Source: Octopus vulgaris (taxonomy: Eukaryota). Taken from it: DNA of 64,000 nt. Made by a program: the position numbers and the translations under genes. The stretch is taken from positions 44,950,001 to 45,014,000 of the forward strand of contig OX597827.1 in assembly GCA_951406725.2 (NCBI GenBank). Direction: 5' to 3'. Below are positions 28,311-39,780 of this stretch, in pieces; within the stretch, counting starts at the first letter, position 1, and each line of letters begins with the position of its first letter. The notes under the pieces were generated by a model, which worked only from the letters and a program-made list of their open reading frames with translations, made no database searches and was not told where the DNA came from.

Positions 28311-29419
28311 ATATATGATGTATGTAATTGTATGTAGGTGTGTGTGTGTGTGTGTGTAGGCGCATATGTATGTACATACACACATCTATATATGTGTATA
28401 TGATAGATGATAATTTTTATGTTGGTACAAGCTCGCCATCATATCAAAAGAGGAGCCTTAGAATGGTTTGTTGACCTGCTAGAAATAGCACCAAAAATCT
28501 CCATCAATTAAACCCTACTATAATGAAGAAAGAAAAGTCAAATCGGATAATGTAGTCTTTTATATATGATGTCTGTAATGGCTAGTATGCCTTTGGTTAT
28601 AGCTTTGCAGTTTTAAGATTGACCTGGAGATAAAAAAAAACCTATCAGTATATGCAGCCCCATCACGTGACTTTTAGAGGCCCCCTTCAACTTTTTGTTT
28701 TTTGAAACCCCATCCTGTCAATCAAAATTGATAATCTATGCACCTTTTATTCATTGATATATTTATTTTACTTTATTCTGTCTGAAGTTCAATATTTCAC
28801 ATTATCCTAAATAACATCTTTTAAAGTACAAGTTAATTTATTTAGGTCTATTTACAAATTCAATAAGTAAACTTCCAGATATAAATAAAAGAACACTTTT
28901 ATAAACCAGGCAACTTTCAAAGACAAACACAGCACATTTTTCGCTTCATGAAATCATCGATCAGTTCAGAATAATCAAGCTGAGAGCTAAATTCGTGTTC
29001 AATTGATATCATAGACAATCCAGAAAATCTGGTACACGTTTGTGGTACAAAGTATTATTTTTACAAGAACATTTGCAGGTACAACATATTACCATTTTAT
29101 TTCTTGAAATTTTCATTTATTTTAGAGAAAGAAGAGGAACAATGGTTCTATGTCAGGCGTTGAGAGATTAAACTCATGTACAATATTGTACATCCACTTT
29201 GTGATTCTGTAATTGATACTTTAGCAAGTATGGTGAAGTCTGTGCTTTGCTGAAGAGATCTAATAAGATTAAAACAAACATTTTGAGAGATTTTCTCCCA
29301 GAATTGCTGAAATAAATGAATAAATGATTAAAATAATTTTTCAGTTCTATTTAGCTACAGTATTTGGCATCTGCTTAGTGATTTTATGACCAATACTTCA
29401 GTAAGCATGAAGCTGAAGA

Positions 29420-29519
29420 NNNNNNNNNNNNNNNNNNNNNNNNNNNNNNNNNNNNNNNNNNNNNNNNNNNNNNNNNNNNNNNNNNNNNNNNNNNNNNNNN
29501 NNNNNNNNNNNNNNNNNNN
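29420..29519. other. Assembly gap (100 N)
   Basis: Run of exactly 100 n, typical of a scaffolding join of unknown size. Confidence 0.99.
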
Positions 29520-29699
29520 GTACTACATAGTACTATGCAATACAATAGTGTATACAGTACAGCATATACAAAGGGGCATGGCCTAGTGGACAAGGTGTTG
29601 CACTGATGATCGCTAGATCACAGTTTTGATAATATAGTGAGGTACACTATACTATTAGTATTATTGAAGTGTAGTGCTGTATAGAGTGATGTTTGCTGT

Positions 29700-30790
29700 T
29701 ATCTGGTCTAGTGTATAACATGGAACAGTGAGGCTTGTTGTCTGGTGTGATACAGTATTGTATGGATAAAGTGCAGTTTTGTATAGACTGGTACGGAGTG
29801 GCATTTGCTGTCGTCTGGTATAATGTCTTACAGTACAGTATGCTTTGTGGTATTTCGCCCGCCGTTGCATTCTGAGTTCAAATCCCACCGAGGTCGACTT
29901 TGCCTTTTATCCTTTCGGGGTCGATTAAACAAGTACCAGTTATGCACTGGGGTCGATATAATTGACTTAATCCGTTTGTCTGTCCTTGTTTGTTCCCTCT
30001 GTGTGTAGCCCCTTGTTGGGAGTAAAGAAATAGGTATATATTGTCTGATGTAGTATAGTGTAGTGCAATAACAAAGTGTAGCACAGCATGGCATAGAATT
30101 GTACTGTAGTATAAGGTGGCATGGAATCGTATACTATGGTATATGACTCCATGCCATGCTATACCACACTTCGTTGGGGCAAAGAGTGGTACTGTAGTAC
30201 AAGGTGGCATGGAGTCATATACTATAGTATATGACTCCATGCCATGCTATGCCACACTTCGTTAGGGTATAGTGTGGTACTGAAGGTGGCATGGGGTCAT
30301 ATACCATAATATATGACTCCATGCCACCTTGTACTACAGTACCACTCTTTGCCCCAACGAAGTGTGGTATAGCATGGCATGGAGTCATATACCATAGTAT
30401 ACGATTCCATGCCACCTTATACTACAGTACCACTCTATGCCATGCTGTGCTACACGTCGTTATTGCACAACACTATACTACACCAGACAATGTATACCAC
30501 TGCTCCATACTGTACAGTAAGACATTATACCAGACAACAGCAAATGCCACTCCATACCAGTCTATACAAAACTGCACTTTATCCACACACTACTGTATCA
30601 CACCAGACAACAAGCCTTACTGTTCCAGGTTATACCATAGTACCACTTATGCCATGGTATGCTACACTTTGTTATTGCACTACACTATACTACATCAGAC
30701 AATATATACCATTGTTCCATACTGTACAGTAAAACACTATAACTGCCAACAGTAAATGCCACTCCATACCAGTCTATACAAAACTGCAGC
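29700..30790. repeat. Large inverted repeat containing four 38-bp palindromes
   Basis: 30035-30243 is the reverse complement of about 30288-30500, and 29712-29841 of about 30505-30635. Perfect palindrome GGCATGGAGTCATATACTA|TAGTATATGACTCCATGCC at 30206-30243. Confidence 0.9.
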
Positions 30791-31114
30791 ATAGAGTGGT
30801 TCAGTGTGGTATGATATCTGCCATAGTGTTGTAGCATAGGGTGGTATGGAGAGGCATGATACTGTACAGAGCAGTATGGTGTAAGAGAGTATGGTTTGGT
30901 GTGGTACTACAGCATGGTATACAGTGGTACAGTACTTTGTTTCTTGATATTAGGTATTTTATAGCAGTGTATTGCACTATATTGCATTGTTTTTCATAGA
31001 AAAAAGTGGAGGGAAAGTTGGTAAAAGAATTAAAAGTGGCAGACACTGCCATATTTCATACTATTAAGATGGTCTCCAACTGTTTTTTTATTAACTCTTT
31101 GGTATTTGATCTCT

Positions 31115-31690
31115 AACTGTGGAGGTAACTTGTGGGAGAGGTAGACCCAGGAAGACATGGGATGAGGTGGTGAAGCATGATCTTGGAATGTTGGGTCTCA
31201 CGGAAGTGATGAGAAATGATCAAGACCATTGGCAATTTTCTGTGCTTGAGAAGACTCCTCAAGCCAAGTGAAAGCGTAGCTGTGGCCAGTGCCCATGACA
31301 CATAAAAGGCACCTGTGCTGGTGACACATAAAAGGCGCCTGTGCTGGTGACACATAAAAGGCACCTGTGCAGGTGACACATAAAAGGCACCTCTGCTGGT
31401 GGCACATAAAAGGCACCCATGCTGGTCACACATAAAAGGCACCCATGCTGGTCACACATAAAAGGCATCCGTGCTGGTCACACATAAAATGCACCCGTGC
31501 TGGTGACATGTGAAAGGTATCCATGTCGGTGACATGTAAAAGGCACCCACTACACTGTTGGAGTGATTGGTGTTAGGAAGGGTATCCAGCTGTAGAAACC
31601 ACACCAAATCAGACTGGAACCTGGCTTACCAGTTTCAGTCAAACCATCTAACCAATGCCAGCATGGAAAACAGACACTAAATGTTGATAC
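31115..31690 (+). mobile_element. RTE-like LINE 3' end with expanded 26-bp array in its 3' UTR
   Basis: GRGRPRKTWDEVVKHDLGMLGLTEVMRNDQDHWQFSVLEK ORF2 C-terminus, then the ...TTAGGAAGGGTATCCAGCTGTAGAAAC tail also seen at about 22480-22737, 22780-23045, 42120-42430 and 57350-57660. Confidence 0.75.
31289..31548 (+). repeat. 26-bp tandem array, about 10 copies
   Basis: Unit GTGCTGGTGACACATAAAAGGCACCT starting at 31315, 31341, 31367 and onward. Confidence 0.9.
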
Positions 31691-31884
31691 CTGGCTCATA
31701 TATTCTACTTGTTTTATGTTCAAATTGGTCCAAATCTGGCCTCTCACACCTACCCTACAATGTCATTGTAGAAATTAAACGATCATATCATTGGAATCTC
31801 AAAGCTACAAGGTAATGCACGAGACAGAGTAATCTGAATGCCAAAGGGTTAGACTTATCCAACTCTATAACAAAGAAAGAAGTA

Positions 31885-32095
31885 CTGTGATCCCTTGCCA
31901 TATCACCGTTCACCTGTCGTGGTTTATTAATGCCAATTCCTCCATGGTGTTGGTTTGCATTTATAACAAAATAAATATATACAATTACAAAGTAATAAAA
32001 ATATATACAGTAAAGTACTGTATCTACTTTGTGGATTTTCACCTATCGCAGGGGGTTTTTGGAACGTAACACCTGCGATAGTCAAGGGATTACTG
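31885..32095. mobile_element. Tigger/pogo-like MITE
   Basis: TA|CTGTGATCCCTTG ... CAAGGGATTACTG|TA inverted termini with TA target sites. Confidence 0.6.
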
Positions 32096-32412
32096 TATAC
32101 GGATACAAAATCTATTTCATGTTCTGATTTATAAAGATGAAGACCCCCCCTCAAAAAAAAATTTCACTATATTTTTGTGGGGTAGGGGAGCAAGGGTTGT
32201 CTTGATGGTATTTGGAAATTTCAGAAAGTTCGGTGACAGGGTGCATTGTTGTTGTGAAGAATCTAATTCTTCATGCTCCACAGATCCAGTCGCATTCGCT
32301 AGCTCTCAATGCACATACAGCCAAGTGCTGCCATCTGTTGGTGTGCTACAAAACTAGCACAGGAACTTTTTGATATCACTTCGTAGTATAACACCGCACA
32401 GTATAGTGCAGT

Positions 32413-32745
32413 GAAGGCACATGGCTCAGTGGTTAGAGCGTAGAGCTTATGATCGCGAGGTTGTGAGTTCGACTCCCGGACCAGGCTGTGTGGTATTCTT
32501 GAGCAAGACACTTTACTTCACATTGCTCCTGTTAACTCAGCTGAAGAAATGAATTGCGACATCACTGGTGCCAAGCTGTATCGGCCCCTCTGTCTTTCTC
32601 TTGGATAACATTGGTGGTGTGGAGAGGGGAGGCTGGTATGCATGGGCAGCTGCTGGTCTTCCATAAACAATCTTACCCTGACTTGTGCCTCGGAGGGTAA
32701 CTTTCTAGGTGCAATCCCACGGTCATTCATGACCGAAGGGGGTCT
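32413..32745 (+). mobile_element. tRNA-derived SINE family C
   Basis: TGGCTCAGTGGTTAGAGCG A-box, GAGTTCGACTCC B-box, CTTGAGCAAGACACT; related copies near 6545, 41605, 43320 and 50005. Confidence 0.75.
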
Positions 32746-34136
32746 CCTCCTGGTATTGTGCAATAGTATGTGATACAGTATACTATAATATAATGAGGTG
32801 TTTCAATCAGTGGACTGAGGCAGCCATGCTGGAGCATTACCTTGATGTTTTTACTCTATGAAATTGGCCCCAGAACTAATTTTTAAGTTTAGCACTTATT
32901 CTATTGCTCTCTTTTTGACAAAGTGCTAAGTTACAGGAACAAAACAAATCAACACTGGCCGTCAAATAGTGAAACACAAACACAAAGACATGCATGGATC
33001 CATATATACACACATACACATAAATGTATGCGTGTGTGATCATCATTATCAGCATCACTACAACCACCATCATCATCATTGTCGTCGTTTCATCCACTTT
33101 TCCATGCTTGCATGGGTCACGCAGAATTCAGTGAGGCAGATTTTCTATGGCCCTGATTCCACTCCTGTTGTCAACCCTTGCCTATTTCCAAGTAAGGTAA
33201 TATTTCCCCTTGGCTACACAGGTTCTTTTTCTCCACAAAAGATTGGAAATGAAAGACACTGCTTGATTAGCAGTGACATAAGCTTACAAGATAAGGAGAC
33301 ACAAATCCACACACAGACACACGTGTACCTAAGGAGAAATGTTATCTCACTTGGGAACAGGTAAAGGTTGGCAATAAAAGGGGCAGCTGACCATAGAAAA
33401 TCTGCTTCAACAAGCATTGAAAATGCAAACAGTAAAGCAATGATGATGACTTATCCAAAGTCTCCCTCCACATTCAAGGGAGATTTGGCTGCTATTACTA
33501 GCAATTTGACTGCATAGATGCTCCTTCATTGGAGAGACTTTTGAAACTGACACGGAGAAGGGTTCCATATCCAAAGCAATCAAACACAAGGAAATTAGTT
33601 CTGAGAAGCAGGTAGAATCTTGTATGCAGAATACTGGAATAATACTTGAAGCAAGTTCTTTATAAAGGATAACTGGATGTACATAATCCAAAGGGGTTGA
33701 TATAACCTTTGAAGATAAGCTGTTGGATAAAGGCTTGTGGATTTGTGATATCTTCTTGCACATATCTTAAGACATTGATCCTTTCAGATGAGATACATAG
33801 AGCAGAAAAGGTGGAAGAATGCTGCTGTTTCAGGAGATAATGAAGACAAGAGGGAACTTCTGGGTGCTTGTTTGATCAACTAGAAATAGCAGTCAAGTCT
33901 CTCTCAAATCACATCCTGCTGTCTCAGTAACAGGAATGTCGTGCTAGATAAATGTAGCCTGAGATAAAATATGCTGGTGGTCATGGTTGGAAGTGATTTT
34001 ATTGGATTTCACATGAGGATAAACAACAACAACACAAACATAGGAACACAAAATGAAATAACCCATATTAAAAACTGACAACAAAGAAGACAGACAGTGT
34101 TAATAGTAAGAAAATAAAAGAGTTGAAAGACTTTAC

Positions 34137-34328
34137 CTAAATTCATTGCAGTCTAATGATGTTGTGTCTTCCAGCTTGTTGATGAGGTCATCTTCGTCTT
34201 TACCATCATCCTTGTCATCACTGTCATTGTTATCATCACTCTTCTTGCTTTTGTTTTTCGTAGTCTTTGTCGTTTGATTGCTGTCCCTGATCAACAGCCA
34301 GCTCAACTTCAATGGTTTCACGTTTTCA
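34137..34328 (-). CDS. NOP14: NOP14 coding exon 18 (last exon found; gene incomplete at 3' end)
   Basis: ctttag|T ... AG|gtaaag; 192 nt; ENVKPLKLSWLLIRD...SLDCNEFR; ends in phase 2 with no stop. Confidence 0.8.
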
Positions 34329-35112
34329 CTAAAGAAGACACAAAGAAATTCAAACAAAACTATTTAATGATTTGAAACACAGTAAATACAAGACAATGTA
34401 TGAACCAATGAGGGGACCTCTATGTGGTTGTTCAACATGCTAGAAATAACAACCATAGCTCCTTAAAAAATAAATACAGGCATGGCTCTGTAGTAAGAAG
34501 CTTGCTTCACAACCATGTGGTTCTGGGTTCAGTCCAGCTGCCTGACACCATGGGCAAGCATCTTCTGCTATAGCCTCGAGTAAACCAAAGCCTTGTGAGT
34601 GGATTTGGTAGACAGAAACTGAAAGAAGCCCGTTGTATATATATATATATATGGGCACGTGTGTTTGTCCCTCACCACTGCTTGACAACTGGTGTTGGTT
34701 TGTTTACATCCCTGTAACTTAGCAGTTCAGCAGAAAGAGACTGACAGAATAAGTACCAGGCTTAAAAAAAAAATGACATACCCCAGCATGGTCAAAATCT
34801 AATAACTGAAACAAGTAAAAGATATTTGTTATTAGACTTATGTGATGTATGCCACCATCATTTTATATTTAGTGTTCCATATTGGAACCAGCTGGATAAG
34901 TTGATTTCAAAATCAGTAATTTTCTACTTGTTGCAATCTTTAATCATCTCCTTTGTAATAAATACCAAGCATTTAAAAAAAAAAAAGGTCCTGGGGTCAA
35001 TTTTAATGACTAAACCCTTCAAAGCCGTGCCCCAGCATGGCCATAGTCCAATGACTGAAACAAATAAAAGATAAAAAAACGACTCAAAACTTGAAACTAG
35101 GGCTATATTTAC

Positions 35113-35191
35113 CTTTGTGCCTGTTCACTGATCCGTAAAAGACCCTGTGGACAGCTAGATATTTGGAAAGGTGGCAAGAACACCACAGACT
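35113..35191 (-). CDS. NOP14: NOP14 coding exon 17
   Basis: ttgcag|AG ... AG|gtaaat; 79 nt; (K)SVVFLPPFQISSCPQGLLRISEQAQ; phase fits both neighbours. Confidence 0.8.
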
Positions 35192-35739
35192 CTGCAAAAA
35201 GAGAGAAACAGACAGATAATCATTAATGGTGCCATCAGTATTATTATTATTATTATTATTATTATAAAGGTGGTAAGGTGGCAGATTTGTTAGCATGCCA
35301 GGCGAAATGCTTAGCAGTATTTCGTCTGCCACTATGTTCTGAGTTCAAATCCCTCTGAGGTTGACTTTGCCGTTCATCCTTTCGGGGTTGATAAATTACG
35401 TACCAGTTGCATATGGGGGTCAATCTAATTGACAGGTTAAAAAAAAAAAGAAATAAATAAATAAAACAAACCTAGCAGAATTGTTAGCATGCCAGAGGAC
35501 ATGCTTAGTGGTATTTCACCTGTCGCTACTTTTGAGTTCAAATTCTGCCGAGGTTGACTTTGCCTTTCATCCTTTCAAGGTCAATAAATTAAGTACCAGT
35601 GAAACACTGGGGTTGATGTAACCGACATATGAATTGTGGAATGCAAGACAATGTGTCAGAGAAAATCGTACTGTAGCAGGAGAGAAGTTTGTTCTTAGTG
35701 ATTCTTCTAAGAAAGCGGCTTGAAAATGCCTCTATGAAA

Positions 35740-36020
35740 GGCTGCTAAACATGGAGAATGCACGGGAGAAGGAGAGTTTTTTTAATGTGGACCCAACAGA
35801 GGGACCAGCTATCCTAGTTGACAGCAGTATGATAGATAAAGCAATTAAGGATGTGAAGACAGGAAAAGCCACTGGCTCACCAGGAATTACTGCTGAGATG
35901 CTTAAAATATCTGGTGGACTAGGATATAGCCTAGTTACCCACAGAGTTAAGCAGGTTCTCCAAGGAGGCGACATACCCAATGACTGGTATAGCAGCATTA
36001 TTGTCAACTGTAACAAAGGT
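35740..36020 (+). mobile_element. LINE (RTE-like) ORF2 fragment just upstream of the RT domain
   Basis: IDKAIKDVKTGKATGSPGITAEMLK...IPNDWYSSIIVNCNKG fits K.PG.DGI.AE.LK...IP.DW....I....KG. Confidence 0.8.
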
Positions 36021-36048
36021 TAAGACGAAAAGAGAAATAAAGACTTAC

Positions 36049-36139
36049 TGGTATTTGAGGGTTCAACAGTGGCTAAAGTAAGGACAGCATAGAGGAAGTT
36101 CATGACCTCTGGTATATATCTTTTAGACATGGAGACACA
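36049..36139 (-). CDS. NOP14: NOP14 coding exon 16
   Basis: ttgcag|TGT ... A|gtaagt; 91 nt; CVSMSKRYIPEVMNFLYAVLTLATVEPSNT (SKR.IPE..NFL motif). Confidence 0.9.
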
Positions 36140-36562
36140 CTGCAAGAACAGAGAGAACATAGACCAATCAGAAAAGATGCTATAATCAGCAAATTGACAT
36201 AAACAACCAGATCCTCTAATGAGATTTAATCTTTTAGCATTCAGATTATTCTGAAACACAATGCTTAATTATTCAGACTGCTTTTAACTAATCATGCATT
36301 ATCTCATAGCTTTGAGATTTCGATAATGTGATTGTTTAATTTTTAAAATGACATTGTAAGGTAAGTGTGAGAGGTTGAATCTGGCCAGTTTCAACATAAG
36401 ATGTGTAGAATATCTTGGCCCGACACAGCCTGTTTAAATACTAAAGGATTGAACAACATATTTATTACTTGGCAAGCAAATGAGTTATTGATTACTCTTC
36501 AAATCAGATTCTATAATTTACGATCTAAGATGATACAATTTGTAACAGAAATCTCTGCTTAC

Positions 36563-36625
36563 CTGTAATAGTATAGTCGTGATAAATAAACCAGCAGCTA
36601 CATCTCTCTCACATGAAATCAGACA
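36563..36625 (-). CDS. NOP14: NOP14 coding exon 15
   Basis: ttccag|TGT ... CAG|gtaagc; 63 nt; CLISCERDVAAGLFITTILLQ. Confidence 0.88.
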
Positions 36626-38129
36626 CTGGAAATAAAGTATTTGAGATATTAGAAAAAAAATGTAAGCTGTGATCATAAAAATAACAATCCTTTCTACTAT
36701 AGGCACTACAAGTGGTGGCTAGTTGATTACATCGAACCCACTGCTACACTGGTACTTATTTTATTGACCCCAAAATAAGAAAATGTAAAGTTGACTTTGA
36801 ATTTGAACTCAGAATGTAAAGACAGACAAAATGCCACTAAGCCTTTTGTCCAGTTTGCTAACAATTATGCCCATTCACCATAATAATAATGGCTTCAAAT
36901 TTTGGCAGAAGGCTAGGAATTTTAGGGGATGGAATACCATCATTGTTTAACATCCACCTTCCATGCTGGGCTGGCTTGGACAGTTTGACAGGAGCCAGCT
37001 AAGGAAGGAGCCTGCACTATGCTTCAGTGTCTGTTTTGGCAAGGTTTTTACAGATGGATGCCCTTCTAAACACCAACCACTTTAAAGTGTGGAGCAGATG
37101 CTTTTTATATGGCATCAGCACTGGCAGGGTCACCAAGTAACTTGCAAGGCAAAAATAGTCCTAAACCCCAGTGCTCAGCTGGTATATAGTTTATTGACCT
37201 TGGTGCTCTTCCACTCACCAACCCTCACTTGTTTCTAAGCAAGGCAATAGTTTTTTCCTAGCATGGATACATTTTCACAGAAGACTGCAAACAAACGACA
37301 CCACTTGTATGATGGTGACATCTGTTTACAATTAGATGCTAGTATGGAAGTTTAAGACAGATGTTAAATGATAAGAACATACATTGCTTAGTCTAAGGAA
37401 GGGGGGGAAAAATAATGACAAAATTATTTAGAAGTTATCATCAATTTAATGTTCCCTTTCCATGTGTGCATGGGTCAGACAGAATTTGTAGAGGCAGATT
37501 TTCTATGGCCTGAAACCCTTCCTGTCACCAACTCTCACTTGTTTCCAAGTAAAGTAATATTTCCTCATAAAAGACTAGAAATGAACAATACCACTTACAA
37601 GACAGTGATGCTCATTTACAACCTTCATGTGATGTCATGGGAAGGGTACACACACACATGTGTATGTGTGTATACATATAGCTGTGTAACCACACGTGCT
37701 TTTCTTGGACTATTTTTCCTTCTCCTCTTTCTGACAAAGAGCCATGCTCGAAATGTTATACACCCACTCTTTTTTCTTTCTTATACTGAGTGTCAACCTA
37801 ATACATTCCATATGTACATCCTTTTGACTTTTGTTGTTCTGTTATTTCTAATTTTTGATATGCCTATATATATATATATATAGATAGATAGCTATATTAT
37901 TGGTTTCTTTTAGTTTCTGCCCACCAAATCCACTCACACAGTGCCATGCAGTGAAAATGAACTCAAAACAAGTGCATTATCTTCTTTGTTGTTACCACAA
38001 TATTTCGGCTAATTTATTCTCCAGACTTCATCAGGTGCCCTGGTAGAATTTTGAACCCAACCCTGGGTTCTCATACCTAAGGTATGATGTTGTTGTTATT
38101 ATTATCATTATTATTATTTATTCCACTAG

Positions 38130-38175
38130 GACACCTGATGAAGGCTGGGGAGTAAATCAGCCGAAATGTTGTGGT
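38130..38175 (+). ncRNA. Minimal hammerhead motif (decayed); inverted partner at about 37992-38040 (-)
   Basis: GACAC-CTGATGA-A-GGCTG...CAGCC-GAAA-TGTT-GTGGT. Confidence 0.5.
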
Positions 38176-38370
38176 AACAGCAAACAAGACGAGGAGACAT
38201 ATCCGTCCAATGTAAATAAAGAACAGAATTCCTCATCTCTAAAATATAGAACAGTCAGAGCAACAAGGGTGGGAAGCAAGCTTCTTAAGCACACAATCAC
38301 ACCTGCATCTATTTAGACGTTGAATAAAATATATATATAAAGTATATGAATAAATAAAAGAAACACTCAC

Positions 38371-38472
38371 CTGAGAAAGTATCTGTGACATGAAAATCAT
38401 GGCTGGGGTGCAAACAAAATGTCGGAAATCAGAAGCTGGATATAGGATTGGAACCAACTTCAACAGCAACAA
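38371..38472 (-). CDS. NOP14: NOP14 coding exon 14
   Basis: atctag|TTG ... CAG|gtgagt; 102 nt; LLLLKLVPILYPASDFRHFVCTPAMIFMSQILSQ (P.SDF.H.V.TP motif). Confidence 0.93.
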
Positions 38473-38514
38473 CTAGATCAAAATCAGAATAAGCACTGCA
38501 TTCAAGGATGGCAC

Positions 38515-38546
<32 letters not shown>

Positions 38547-39084
38547 AGGGGTGGGGGTGGGGGTGAAAATAAACTCTGTTATTGTCTGCACATTTTACTG
38601 TTTCATAGTTTTAATCGCCCGTCTGAATGACATGTCACTGTTGTAGCTTAAACATAAGTCATTTGTACTCTTCTTCCATAAACATTCTACAGTGGAACAT
38701 CAGTTTAGAAATTTAATTCATTCCCGAAGGCCATTTGTCATCCAAAATGCTTGTAAATCATAACTAGTCTTCCCATAGGATATTCAAGAGAAAGCAAGGC
38801 AAATTTGATCAAGGATGTATACTGAGCAAAAGCTCAACAGTAACTAATGCTGTGTTGCTGATGTTCCCAGCTTGTCACCAAAATGTTGTTGCTGGTTTTT
38901 GCATATTTGTTACTTGAGACACCACTTCTCACCTGAGATATTTTATGTTCATAAAATTATTTTCTAAACTGATTTGTTCCTGATGACAGGTGTTCATAAA
39001 TGGCGGTTCAACTGTATTGTTTAAAATAAGAATCACATTAGCCACTATCAAGGAACTTCCATATAGTCACTAAGCCTGCTTTAA

Positions 39085-39304
39085 CCCTTTCGATACCAAC
39101 CCGGCTGAAACCGCTTCTGGCTCTGAGTACAAATGTCTTGTTTTCATAAGTTATGAATTAAAATCTTCCACCAAACCTTAGTCACAATTTATATTCCCAA
39201 CACCAGCTTAATGATAACTAAGTTATTTTACTAAATTCTTTATTATATTCAATGTAACTGAAAGAAACACAGAGCATCTCAAAATAAGCACAGTAACGAA
39301 AGGG
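39085..39304 (+). mobile_element. piggyBac-like MITE
   Basis: TTAA|CCCTTTCGATAC ... GTAACGAAAGGG|TTAA terminal inverted repeats with TTAA target sites; reverse copy at 46604-46823. Confidence 0.8.
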
Positions 39305-39381
39305 TTAAGTATTAGTTAAATCTATCTCTACATGCAGCAGCTATTCTCCTTGAAATGGACACCACTTCAAATTCAACATAA

Positions 39382-39780
39382 GGCACAGGCATGGCTGTGT
39401 AGTAAGAAGCTTGCTTCCCAACCTCATGGTTCTGGGTTCAGTTCCATTGTGTGGCACCTTTGGCAAGTGTCTTCTACTATAGCCTCAGGTCAACTAAAGC
39501 CTTGTGAGTGGATTTTGTAGATGGAGACCGAATTAAAGCTCATTGTGTGTGTGTATTTATGTATATCTTTGCATCTGTATTTGTTTTCCCACCCCATAGC
39601 TTAACATCTGATGTTGGTGTGTTTACATCCCCATAATTTAGCAGTTCAGCAAAAGAGACCGATAGAATAAGTACTAGGCTTACAAAGAATAAAGTCCTGG
39701 GGTTGGTTGGTTTCAACTAAAAAAACATGGTGCTCCATCATGGCCACAGTCAAATGACTGAAACAAGCAAAAGAATAAAA
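39382..39780 (+). mobile_element. SINE family A
   Basis: Diverged full-length copy. Confidence 0.8.

Noticed and set aside
30118-30413. CRISPR-like array (38-bp palindromic repeats with 44-50 nt spacers)
   Set aside because: The spacers are copies or reverse complements of each other, there are no cas genes, and the context is eukaryotic; it is a tandem/inverted duplication.
33407-33830. ORF 33407-33763 as the next NOP14 exon
   Set aside because: No frame resembles the NOP14 C-terminus, and phase-2 continuation hits stops. The + strand loosely resembles a decayed RTE LINE RT C-terminus.
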